38,423 nt of DNA from assembly GCA_051047955.1 (NCBI GenBank), contig JBPGPT010000045.1, positions 62,001-100,423 on the forward strand. Direction: 5' to 3'. Under the pieces are notes generated by a model. The model was not told the origin of the DNA. It made no database searches and saw only the letters and a program-made list of their open reading frames with translations. This stretch comes from Cystobasidiomycetes sp. EMM_F5. Lineage: Eukaryota. The position numbers and the translations under genes are program-made. This document shows, in pieces, positions 1 to 11,397 of the stretch (the stretch's first letter is position 1; every line of letters starts with the position of its first letter).

Positions 1-1079
1 CCAGTCTCGTAGTACGTGCGCTGGCTCGACGCGATGATACTCGACAGAGACGTGGAGGACGGGATGATGAGGCCTGGTCCGGTAAGTTGACGTTGGCCGT
101 TGCATCCCGTGCGAGCGGCGACCTGCTCGAGCACAACAACGTTGGTGCTAGAAAGGGAAGTCCGGGCTTGGTGCCAGTCGAAGCGGAGGAGCGTAGCAAT
201 GTAATGACCGACTGGGACGGCATAGAGAGCAGGAATAAGCGGGATAGCTGCATTGATGAGCGAAGTGCGGGAAGCGATTTTGGAAGCTGCCTGGAGTTCT
301 TCTCGCTCCTGTTTGACGAGCGACATGAAGCTCTGCCAGAGTGTGCTACCAACGGTACTGTCGGATGAGGAGGACAGCCTGTAGTGGTAGGCAAAGACGA
401 GCCCGACCATGGCAGCGAGAACGACAGCTTCGTACACGCAGAAGAAGATGGTCATGCGTCTGAGAGATACACGCCTACTAGTGCATCGCGAGGTAATGCT
501 GAAGATGAGAGAAGCGGTCGAGAGGAGACGCAAGGCCATACTGTCCAAAGTGTTGCTAACGACGGTGTAGCTGAGACATGCGCACCCGAGAACGAGAGCG
601 ATCCTGGAAGCACGAGCTTGCCAGTTATTGTGAAGAGGGCGGTACACGACTCGGCCCTTGACTGTCTTGTATGCCACGGTGGGCATCCCGACGATATGCG
701 ACAGTGTGGCGTAGAAGGAAGAGGTCTGGACAAGTGTGGTAGATTAGTCGGGTCGCTGCGTTGTAGTCAGTACGTCCAAACTCACCAGAATGCAGCCAAC
801 CAAGGCTGCGAAGAAGTACTGGACAGTCTGCTCGTCGCCCTTGAGCACGATCCACACTTCAACGACGAGTAGTGCCAGAAATGCCAACCCTGCTGGCCTG
901 GGCACGAAGCGTCTTCTCTTTGCAGCCTGGCCGTCCGTACTCTCCGGTACTGGTGCCTCCAGCGCCGACACTGCTATCCAGTTTTGGAGGGCAGCCCGGC
1001 TTGCCATATCGTAGGCCATGACGAGGACGATGGGCGTCACCCACGAGTATCCGACTTCGACGCCGTTGATGTGCAGCAT
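1..1079 (-). CDS. Multi-pass membrane protein, divergent signal-peptide-peptidase/presenilin (A22)-like; 3' end runs off the window
   Basis: ATG at 1079. GTGAG...CTAAT...CAG intron at 726-785. The spliced frame stays open to position 1 with several hydrophobic segments. FFCVYE and GHYIATLLRFD...RTYY resemble SPP LFxYD and GxFIAxxLRFD...PYF. Confidence 0.6.
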
Positions 1080-1944
1080 GGCGGGATATGTGCTGACGAT
1101 GTGGAAAAAGAGTGCTCAACCCAGGATATCGCTGCGTCTACTTTCCACTCTTGATCCCGCTGTCCCGGCTATGCGGAGTTCTTGTCCGAGGTGTCGGAGC
1201 AGTGAGCCAGTGACTGATGTGTTTGATTTGTATATGCTGACGGACTGAGCAGAGGCAAGCCAGGGAGCAGCTCACTTTGCAGGAATTAAAATATGCAGAG
1301 CCCAGTCCTGCATGGGCTCTGGCACTTTATGCGTGAGATGGTCCGCCACTTGCCTATCTGAGCAGGGGGGGGCGATGCAAAATTTTATTCGACTTGGCCC
1401 AAAGCTGAGAGCGCGACGGGGCTGGTCAGTGGAATGGAAGTGGTGGTGGTGCAGACCTCGTTGCTAACGTTTGCGAGTCTTGCGGGTTGGCTGACGGTGC
1501 CTGACCGCCGTGGTCTCCACAATACCCAATCCAACACTCTGCAGACTGTTTCTACTCCCTGCAGCTCTGTAAGCTGGCTACAGACTGACCACATGACCCT
1601 CTCCACGTCCCTCGCCACCTTACGCTGATTTCCGAAACACCGCTATTTCTGCAGAACCGCCAAACAGCGCTTAATCTAAACTGACAGACACAACTGACGC
1701 CCGCAGCAAGGGCTGAAGCACGGTGCCGGCCAAAGGTGCCCGAGAGACTCCACTTTCGTCCGACTGCAGTAGGTTCCACTCTTGTAATACCGATATATCC
1801 CTCAAACCCGTGCGGCAAAAAAACGAAAACATCTATGCGATGAGAGCGTACTCGGGCGTATTGTCCCACTGCCTAATCTAAACCTCTTCTCTCTCTCTCT
1901 TCTGCTCATAAGACCGTCTTCAAGCCTCGTCTTCCTTCTTCTCT

Positions 1945-3348
1945 ATGACGCCACTGGGCTTAGTCCAGCCTTCACTCCTGGCACTCCCGGACGATGTTCT
2001 TGTCGAGATCATCACTCACTTCCGTCTTGAACCCGATCAAAGGTCGACAGACCTAATACACGCCTTCAAATCTACGCTCAACAAACATCGAAGAGCTACA
2101 CTGTGCTCTATAGCGCTTGTATGTCGGCGAGTATCCCGACTCGCTACCCTATATCTCTACGAGCATGTCGTGCCATTACCTCCTTCTTCCACCCTTTCCG
2201 CATCGATATGGACAGCGAATCCTGCCCTATTTCAGAGCTTCAAGAGGACCCGCTCAATCTACCTTTGCGTCCGGGATCACTTTCAAATTGTCCATGGCGA
2301 ATTCATCCTCGTATCCGGCTCGCAGTCAAGTACTGTAGTCTTGACAAGACTGTCCCAATCACTAGTGCACTTGACAAGTCTGCATCTCGATCTACCGGGC
2401 GAGACGACACCAGGTCATCTCTCCATCATGGGAAAGGAGCTCTCGGCTCATTATGCACACCTCTCTTCATTGGGCGTATCGTTAACACTCAAATTGACGA
2501 GCACTAACCGACAGCGGAGAGAAATCGGTCGAGCGCTAGTTACAAAATTCTCGATCCCTTGCATACACCGTCTGACGGTGCTCAACCTGGACGTACACGG
2601 GGTCCGCTTTCCCACTCTATCCCTGGCTCCATCGTCGTACGAGGCTCCATACCTACAGCGCCTTAGCACTCGTGCAATCGTAGGCGACTTTGGGGATAGC
2701 GGAGATACAGGCTTGACTGGATTCAAGGAGTTCATACACGCCATCAACGCACCTAATCTGACCGAAAGTGATTCTGCGCACGGCACAATGTGCGTCTACT
2801 CCAGTCAGATATGCTCCCAAATTAAGACAATCTACATGCGAACCTCCGATTGGGCAGAAATAACGCCTTTCACTCTTGCTGAAAAATATCCTTCACTATC
2901 CCGCATCATTGTCGATAACAATGTCGATAAACCCGCACCTTTGCAAAACAAGCTCGAAGCCAAGAGTTTACATCCTCTACGTCTCGAGTCGGTCGTGTAC
3001 AAGCCACATAGTCTGCAGGGCCTAATACTTTTTCTGCAAGCGGCTGTCAACAAAGTTGCAACAGGCGCTAGCCAAGGTCCCCTTCTAGGAACCTGCAGCG
3101 AACTTGAGATCGAGATGGAGGACGTGCTTTGCGAGATGGAGCATGATGCAGGAGATTTCGATACAATTCTTGGCCTCAAGCAGACCAATCTGATGGGCCC
3201 AGACTTGGGACAGAAAGATTGGATTTCGTCAACTGCAGAAATCAAGTCACTCCTTGCAGACACTGCTTTTGTCAACGTGCAGGTGAACCCGAGCGATATC
3301 GTCGGCATGCTCACGTCGCATTGGTGGAAAACATTTGGCAGCCTGTAG
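1945..3348 (+). CDS. F-box-like protein (467 aa) with Leu-rich body
   Basis: Single long ORF. N-terminal LLALPDDVLVEIITHF...LCSIALVCRRVSRLATLYLY is a typical fungal F-box-like motif. Confidence 0.75.
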   Translation: MTPLGLVQPSLLALPDDVLVEIITHFRLEPDQRSTDLIHAFKSTLNKHRRATLCSIALVCRRVSRLATLYLYEHVVPLPPSSTLSASIWTANPALFQSFKRTRSIYLCVRDHFQIVHGEFILVSGSQSSTVVLTRLSQSLVHLTSLHLDLPGETTPGHLSIMGKELSAHYAHLSSLGVSLTLKLTSTNRQRREIGRALVTKFSIPCIHRLTVLNLDVHGVRFPTLSLAPSSYEAPYLQRLSTRAIVGDFGDSGDTGLTGFKEFIHAINAPNLTESDSAHGTMCVYSSQICSQIKTIYMRTSDWAEITPFTLAEKYPSLSRIIVDNNVDKPAPLQNKLEAKSLHPLRLESVVYKPHSLQGLILFLQAAVNKVATGASQGPLLGTCSELEIEMEDVLCEMEHDAGDFDTILGLKQTNLMGPDLGQKDWISSTAEIKSLLADTAFVNVQVNPSDIVGMLTSHWWKTFGSL

Positions 3349-3526
3349 ATAGACGGCAGTGTAGTCCCTGTTCATATTTGTTGCTCGTTGTGTTCCAGAG
3401 ACACTATATCCCTCTCATACGGGAACCCATGTCAAGCTTGTTACCCCGCATCTAGTACAAACGCACAACCCAATCTAAAAGGCTTCAACCTATGCAGACT
3501 ACCCATACAATGAAATCCGAATTTGC

Positions 3527-4868
3527 CTATCGCATAACCATCTGCCAGGGTACCGGTACCTTGACTGCCCGTTTAGCGTTTCTTTGCGCCTTTGCCTGAG
3601 TGCGACGATTTGCCTGCCGTGCTTTGGGAGTGTTGGCGGAACTGGTCTGTTCTCCCCCACCGCGTCGATGGCGAGCACGCATCGAAAGTGATGTAATGAT
3701 AACTTGGCAATAACCATCGCCTACGTTTCCGGCGCCTGGGGACAAGGCGGATAATTGATAGTTGTAAGTGTTTCCGGATGAGTAGTAAGCTACTGATGAT
3801 CCACCACCACCACCACCACCGGTTGCAGGATCATCCGGACTCCCCTGGCTATCACCTCCCCCTGCCATCGCCAGAATTAGCGCGCTTGATCGCTCGGTAC
3901 GAGAGCAAAGCCTATGACCAACCTCCGCCAAACAGGCCAGCACCACCACCAATGGTACTTGTGTCAGGCTTAGCAGCACTGACGCTCTTTCTTCTGCCTG
4001 ACGCAGATCCGAAAAGAACCGTTATAACCTGAGTAAGCCCCGCCTGCGCCACCGCTACCCCCATTGCCAGCTTGCCTATCTGAGGGGAGCGTGGATGGAA
4101 GAAGGCGTCTGTCAGAAATAATGCGAAACGGTGTGAGACTGATTGACTTACGACTGCCTCCTCCCGCGCCCGGTCCCGTTGCAAGGCCGCCTTGCCCGCC
4201 CGAAACAACATTGCTGCCGCCAGTCGTGCCAGTAGCGGCGGGCGGTCCCAACTGCGAAGCTTGGCCGGCGGAACCGCCAATATTATTGATGCCTGCACCT
4301 CCACCACTTCCTGCCAACAGCAGCGGAACAGTCGTGTCCACGCTCACGTCGGCCAAGTAGGTCGAGCCTCCTCCGCCGCCTCCAAGAGTTCTGGGCGTTG
4401 TCGTCTGTCCGTCACGAGGGTCTAAGTTTCCTCCCGAGTTTTAGCCTGTTCCACCGAGAGCCCCGGGTCCACCGGTCTGCGCAGTATTACCATTCTGCCC
4501 TGCCTGTCCAATTGAGTACGTAAAGATCGAATCTGCCGAGTGATCACTGAAGGCTAATCTGATGATGCTGCCAGTTCCACCTGGTTTCAGACCCGTAGAA
4601 CCACCACTGGCGCCCGCACATTCGATCGTAAAGGCCGTGATGAATGCAGGAACAACGAATTGGCCAGTACCAGAGGTGAAGAAGCACTGTCCAACGTTGG
4701 CTGGCGTGCACACAATTGGCCGTGGAAAGGCTGAAACGAAGGGTAGAAGACGTTGTGGCTGTTTCTGACGCGACGGGTTGACGGTATCGACGGGAGGAGA
4801 GAGGAGGAGCCTCGCAGAACAACACATACTGCCCTGTGCATACTTTTGTTGTGGTCAATCATAAGCAT
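3527..4868 (-). pseudogene. ALK/LTK-type glycine-rich domain (Gly_rich) gene with an in-frame TAA at 4441-4443
   Basis: Ordered motifs IECAGASGG, GGTGSII, YSIGQAG, GGGGGGSTYL, LLLAGSGGGAG, GGGAGLFGGG, GGGGGGSS and GDGYCQVII across intron-split exons. ORFs 4441-4827 and 3970-4356 share a frame separated by one TAA. The start codon is uncertain. Confidence 0.6.
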
Positions 4869-4901
4869 CAGTAGTCAGTTAGTCAGATTTGCGCCGACTT
4901 G

Positions 4902-5583
4902 ATGGCAGAGGACTCGGAGCAGAGGTTCAGCTGCCTGTACTTTGGTTACGCCAGCAATCTGTCCGCTCGCACGCTCAAGCAGCGCTGCCCGGAGAGCGCG
5001 TATGCTGGACTGGGTGTCCTTCGGGATTACCGCTGGATCATCAACGGCACTGGATACGCCAATATTGTACCGTCTCCAGGCGACGTCGTCTACGGGTCTC
5101 TGGCATTCCTGTCAGCGCGAGATGAAGCTGCGTTGGACTTGAGCGAAGGTGTTCCTTGGATGTACGAAAAGCACACCCTTCAAGGCATCGAGCGAATTGG
5201 CGCAGACGGCGAGCCTTTGCTGTCGACGGATGGGACTGATACGCAGAAGGTTGCTGCCGTCGCGTACGTCGACGTAAAGCGGACAACTGAAGGCAAAATC
5301 AACCCAGACTATGTGATTTGGTGCAACCGAGCTGCTAGCGATGCCGCCAAGGACGGTCTCCCAGCGGCATATGTTAAAAAGTATTTAAGGCCATTTGTGC
5401 CAGAGAGAGCGGAGACGGAGCATGACAAGTCTACATTCATGCTTGTGAGTTAGTCCCGTGCACCTCACGCTCCATGGCTGACACTTACGGCATCAGCGTC
5501 TGCCCTACAGCATGTCGGCTCCGCATAATACCAACTGGGGGATCTTTGGGTCAGGCACCGCAAGAACAAGTGCAGCTGGATAG
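4902..5583 (+). CDS. Gamma-glutamylcyclotransferase (GGCT/AIG2-like)
   Basis: LYFGYASNL...RCP, GYANIV, VYG and LDLSEG motifs. The intron 5445-5496 (GTGAGT...GCTGAC...CAG) leads to TAG at 5581-5583. Confidence 0.85.
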
Positions 5584-6181
5584 ACCTCATGCAACTACGA
5601 TGCGACATGCGCGTTTGCTCTTCCCGAAGCCCGAAGAAGAGGACCTACTCAGTCACACAAGCTGGAAACTTGATCCGTCAACAGACAACCCTAAATCGAG
5701 GAATCAGGTATTGGAAATTCGAATAACAGGCTGCTTTGCAGCTTGATCAGTAACTCAAGGCCATCTCGTTTGCTTTGTGGTGAGCGCAACTCGACTGCGC
5801 TTGAAAATAGTGCACACAGTGCACCAATCGATTCCATCCGTATGATGATGTATAGGCCGGACGGACTGCCGTCTGCATCTCGCGCCAAGATGGGCATGAA
5901 TGCAGAAAAGGTTCAATAAGGCACCTCGGACGCTGCATGTAGCAAGCGGGAGACGTCAGCTCCGCTCAAGTAAATTGGAAGAGAAGTACCATTCTTTCTA
6001 CTCAACGCCATCATACTGCGAGATCGTAGTGGTCTATATTTCCGCGTGGAGTTTCGCACGACTGTGGCTCTCTAGCTTATTGATGTCCGTTGTACAGTAA
6101 ATTGCACGTCACGAATCTTGCTTGTTTGCCACGGGCTGCGTTGTGTTCATGCCATCCGAAATACAATATCGCTAGCTGACC

Positions 6182-8012
6182 ATGGCCGCTGCTGCGGTTG
6201 AGTCTATCATGAGCAACGGCAGCGGTATTGCATCGACTTCACAAGACTGGCCAGGCGAGTAGCCCGTCTGCCGGTTATTTCGCAACTGTGTGAATACTGA
6301 CATCGTTATGGTCCATTTGCTGCTGTAGGCAGATGGACACATCACGACAAGATCTTGGGTCGCGCAACACGATTTAACGAGGAGTTTGAGCCGGGTCAAC
6401 AGGTAAAGTCATCGTCATAATGGCCCTGGGCGTGCTCGACTGGCAAATGGCAACGTACTAATCTGCATTGCATAGACGCAAGACTTTCTGCGTAACAAAT
6501 GCAAGATTCTTGTCATTGGCGCCGGAGGCTTGGGCTGCGAGATTCTAGCCAATCTAGCCATGCTCGGCTTTCGAGACATACATGTCATTGACCTGGACAC
6601 GATTGATGTGTAAGTTGTGCGACGATAAACTACAAGTTGCCAGAAAGCTGACACTTAAAGTATGTTGCATATCATCAACCCGCTTCTGACAGTTCGAACC
6701 TGAATCGCCAATTTCTATTTCGAGAAAAGGACGTTGGGTCATCGAAAGCCCAGGTGGCTGCTTCATACATTATGAAGCGTGTCCCTGGATGTACCGTTAC
6801 GCCTCATCACGCGAAAATACAAGATTTCCAGGAAGACTACTACATGCAGGTGTGCATTGTTGGAACTTTCGTATCAGCCCAGTGGCCTGACATTGACTGC
6901 TTCTGCGATAGTTCAACCTCATTGTCTGTGGTCTGGATAATGTGGAAGCGCGAAGATGGATTAACGCGACTCTGGTTCAAATGGTGGATTCTGACAATCC
7001 AGAATCGCTCAAACCGCTCATTGACGGCGGAACAGAGGGCAAGTTCACGCACCCCAGCTCATGTCGTCAGCCTCTATTGACACAATCTAATAAACAGGTT
7101 TCAAAGGCCAATGCCGAGTGATTCTGCCAACCATCAGCGCTTGTATAGAGTGCACGATTGATCTACACGTACCGCGTGCTGCTGTGCCATTATGCACACT
7201 TGCAAGTACGCCCCGGCAACCAGAACACTGCATCGAGTTTGCTTCAATCGTTGAATGGCCGCGCGTCTTTGGCGATAGCAAAAAGCTCGACAATGACGAT
7301 CCAGAACATATTAGCTGGCTGTACGATGTAGCGAGCAAGAGAGCAAATGAGTTCGGTATTCAAGGCGTAACGTGGAGCTTGACGCAAGGTGTCGTCAAAA
7401 ACATCGTATGTCGACCTCGATCGTCGTTTCAAGCTTGCTCACTCTTCCCGCAGATTCCAGCAATCGCTTCGACGAATGCCATCATTGCTGCAGCAAGTTG
7501 TAACGAAGCTTTCAAGATCGTTACGTCATCAGCAGGAATGCTGAACAATTACATGTGCGGTGGCCAGCAGATTCAAATGGTATCTGGTCAAGCTGAGACT
7601 TATTGCAGGCAATACTCCGGTACAGAGGGAGTGTACACCTACACTTTCGAATATCAGCAACGTCCTGAATGTCCAGTGTGCGGCGGTGAGGTGACCGAGA
7701 TGCAAGAGCCTTCTGACGAGACGCTCGAGGATTTTATCGAGAAATTGAAAGCACAACCCAGCGTGTATGTCTATCTTGTGGTATACGACACTCCTGCTTG
7801 CTTGACGTATATCTGTTCACAGTCAATTGAAGAACCCAGCACTTTCTGTAAACGAGAAGCCCTTATACTGGCCAAGTCCGCCCGATATTGAGAAGAGTAC
7901 ACGACATAATCTTAAAAAGACTATCGGGCAGCTGTTTACGGGATCTGAGGATGTCACTGTCACCGACAAAGCTCTGCCGATGGTACTCAACCTCAATATC
8001 ACTCCTAAGTAA
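6182..8012 (+). CDS. UBA3: NEDD8-activating enzyme E1 catalytic subunit
   Basis: DWPGRW N-terminus, [75 protein letters not shown] and CPVC motifs. Multiple short introns. Confidence 0.95.
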
Positions 8013-8184
8013 TCATAGCAATGCATTTTAAGGAGACAACATCAGATTCGATCAGTGCAGTATAGCAACCGTTCGTCAATCGTGAGTTAACACAGTAGAC
8101 ACAGTCATCAACATCTGCTCATAAGTTGGCATGCTTTGTTGTTCGAGAGAGTTGGAATGCAGGCGCGCGGTACATTCGAGCGGA

Positions 8185-11053
8185 CTATCGTAGTGCCCCT
8201 GTTCGAGGTGGACCCAAACCAGCGATGAGCGAGCTACCATTGACCATGCCCGTGGTTACGACCAGTATATTACGGCCGCTGAGCCTTTGACTGGTGAATC
8301 TCAGAGCTGTTACTTCAGTGTATGTGCAACCACCGATGAAGCAAACCACCGTGAGGGGCACTTGATCCGGGCTGTTTGAGGCTGCAATGATACAAATTAG
8401 GAAAATAACTCATGCGGGATTTGCAGACTTTGCACAACCTACCTTGGCGCGTTTCCGATTGATCTGGACTTTGATACTCCTCAAACACTGCGCCAGGCAG
8501 AGTTCGCAATACCTCATCCAGTCCTTTCCAGCCCACTACTCCAGACGTTGTCTGTCTATCTCTGCTGGTGCCGCCCACCCCGGGCAGTCCAGCCATAAAA
8601 CCTCCCGTAGAGGACTGTACGGGTATTCCGACGGCATGCTGCACCAGCCTAATGCTAGCTGGCGCGTATCCAGAATACACGTACGCAATATCTTCGGGAT
8701 CCGACTCGTCGATTTCATCGACAATGAGTCTGAGTGGTTTGCGCACGCTAGCAAAAGGCGATCTGGCACTCGAGCTAGCATTTGGCGGAACTTTGGTCAA
8801 TAGCCCCAGATCCGCAAGAGATATGAGAAGAGGAAGATACTCGAATCCGTATGTTTGTAGTAAGTCACGCTTGATTTCCTCTAGGATCTTAGGCTTGATA
8901 CCATTGCCAACAAGGCTTAGCATGCACAGCAGTCGTATGACTGTGAAGACATTGGCTTCTTGATAAATCAGGTCGCGGATCGAAGTTTCTTGAGCCGGTA
9001 TATCAAGCCCAGCGACGAGATCTGCACGAAATATTAACGATGCAAGCTGTCTCGTGCGAATTGGCTTACTTTGCTGTATTTCGAGCACCCGATTGAAGAC
9101 ATCTTGACCCGTGACCTGCATGATCTGCTCAGTCAAGCTCGTGTCTGCAAGCAATCCGATGAGATCAGTAAGCAGATATGCATACGAACGCAAAATTGGG
9201 CTCGGACTGACGAAGTCGCAAAGCTTGATGTTCAGCTTGCAGTCCGCTGAGGCGGCCTACAAACTCGCGCATTTGTCCTACAGTCTGCGCTTGATGTCTT
9301 CCTTCATAGTCTGCATTGATGCGCTTGGCAGTACGATTGAGAATGTTGCCTACGACTGCGAAATTTCTGTCTCTCAAATCGCCGAAAAGAGGATCCGCGC
9401 CAGGTGGCTGAGGTTCTTGCTGTGAGCCCTGGCCACTACCTGAAGCCGACATACCCATGGATGTTGCCGCACCTGCAGCGTTCGCAGAGTTGAGGGTAGA
9501 TAAGAGATGCTTTTTCTTCTTGGGTGGTTGCTGTGCTCCGAAGTGGGCTGCCGTGGAGGATGAAGGTGTCGGTGGAGCGGGGTTGGTGATGGATGCATCT
9601 AGCTCTACCGCAGCATTCTTGATACCCACAATCTCGTCAACAAGCCCTTCGTACGTAAGCTGCGTACACAAGGGCGTCACCATGTCCACCTGCCTGTCAA
9701 TCAAAATGATCGAGTCGATAGGGCCGTAAGGTGAATGTCCGGCGCCGTTGATGTATGCTGAGCTAGAGTCTTGCATGGGTGCGGACTCTTTGCGAAGCCT
9801 AATCATGATATCCGCAAGGCGTCGTGCAGCATCTCCCTTTCCCAGAATCCGTGGTATCAAGCCGAAAGCCCGTTGCAAAGTGACCAAAGCACGTCCTAGC
9901 TCGTATATTGAGTCGTAATTGCTGTCCTGAGCGATATTTAACGCGGCCACGGTAGAGTAGAAATGCAAAGAAGTCTTACAAGAAAGATGTCTTTGTAAGC
10001 TGACGCTCCCAGTTCCATACTCAGAAGATCACGCTCCAGAGGCAGCAAGGACATTGGAAACTCGGCAATGTCTACAGATCCGAGGACTCCGAGGTCTTCC
10101 AGAGCTGACGCACACACTGACGTTGCGCGTGGAGTGAGGAGGATGGTGTATGTGTGATTCAAGGCTGGCAATGCCGATTTGATCTGGTCTGTCCGATGAT
10201 GCCGGACAGGTGATACGCGTCAGTATAGGACTAGTATGGTTCTGCAGCTCGGTCAAGATTATATAAGCAGTTTGCAACACCGAGAGATGTGACAGAAAGA
10301 AGGATAGAGGAGGGAATAGATATACCAGTAGCATAGAAAGAGCGACTGATCGTCAAGTGAGCGAAAAGAACCAGAAGGCAATCGCAAAAGGATAGTGCTC
10401 GGCAAAAAACGCCTGATAATGCAGAGTGCAAGTCTCCGGACGCTGACTGACCCCGGTTCCTGTGGGGTCTATACAGATGCCATGTTTGCGATAAAGCAAC
10501 GGCGCGGAAAACCGGGGCTAATGTGGTCCGGGTTGTTGTGGATGTGTATAAATGGACGGCTGGTGGAGTGATGAACGGAAAGCTCGTCGCACTCACCAGC
10601 AATGATCCGCATGCAAGATATCTCCGCCTTGCAAATGTATACAATATGCTTCTGAGCCTGGGAAAGCGCTCCCGGTTCGAGCCAGAATATGCGATCCACG
10701 CCGTGATCCTGCGGACGCATACAGATGAGCCAAGCGCGATACGATTGCTGCGCTCACCAAGCTCACTCGCAACAAACTCATCTCCGCAACGAGACCTAGC
10801 GGTCCTGCCAGCAGCGGATCCAGAACGAGGGTCTTTGCGCCAGCTATCTTTTTTGTGAACAAACGGGCGTGATATTGACAAGGCCTCAGTGAGCCTCACA
10901 ATCTGATGGAGCCATTCATATTGCCCTACGCACCCGGTCGAGGGCATTAGTCAGAGCCCTCCGAGCCAGAACGCTGAAGGCCTTCACATCTGGCATGGAA
11001 TGGTACGCTGACGAGCTGGCCGCATCGCTGCTGACGCCCGCAATGCCCGACAT
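8185..11053 (-). CDS. VPS33: Vacuolar sorting protein Vps33 (Sec1/Munc18 family)
   Basis: GAKTLVLDPLLAGPLGLV, LLPLERDLLSMEL, IILIDRQVDMVTPLCTQLTYEGLVDE, LRDRNF, DIAYVYSGYAP and GGCTYTE motifs. ATG at 11053 and TAG at 8185-8187. Confidence 0.95.
10189..10596 (-). ncRNA. 408-nt structured intron of VPS33; candidate intronic H/ACA snoRNA (U17/snR30-like motifs)
   Basis: The intron is about 7 times longer than its neighbours and has several complementary stems. TATTCC and GAACCAT face each other just above an 8-bp stem near the 3' end. Confidence 0.35.
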
Positions 11054-11397
11054 GGCTGCAGTATTCTTCGCAGCGTCCACTCAAGTGCAAGTCACCGTCG
11101 AAGTCTCAGAATCATGTTGGCGACTGAATTGTCAAGAGACAACGAATGCAGCTACTGAATTATGCAAAGTGCACCGAAAGCTGACGAGCGTAGACCGTAA
11201 CGATGCTACAATCGCGTAAGCTCCTACGCAGTCAGGATTGCCGGAATATATTTGGCCGAATCTGCTGTGCAGTAAAGACACCCAGGATGATGTTAGGGCC
11301 CTTGATGGAGGATGATGGACAGCCTGCCGCTCGCTTCATGTCGTGCGTCGTAGACGACTTTGAGTATCGATAGAATAACAGTCGTGCTGACGTACCG

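Noticed and set aside
87..1248. Plus-strand ORFs overlapping the first gene, and similar antisense ORFs throughout the track
   Set aside because: They are shadow ORFs opposite well-supported spliced genes.
1945..8012. F-box gene near UBA3 as a neddylation/SCF cluster
   Set aside because: Both gene types are common and unrelated genes lie between them. There is no evidence of functional clustering.
10428..10523. RNase MRP-like P4 halves on the + strand (AAGTCTCCGGAC ... GGGGCTAAT)
   Set aside because: The halves are only about 70 nt apart, too close for an MRP RNA, and are antisense to the host intron.
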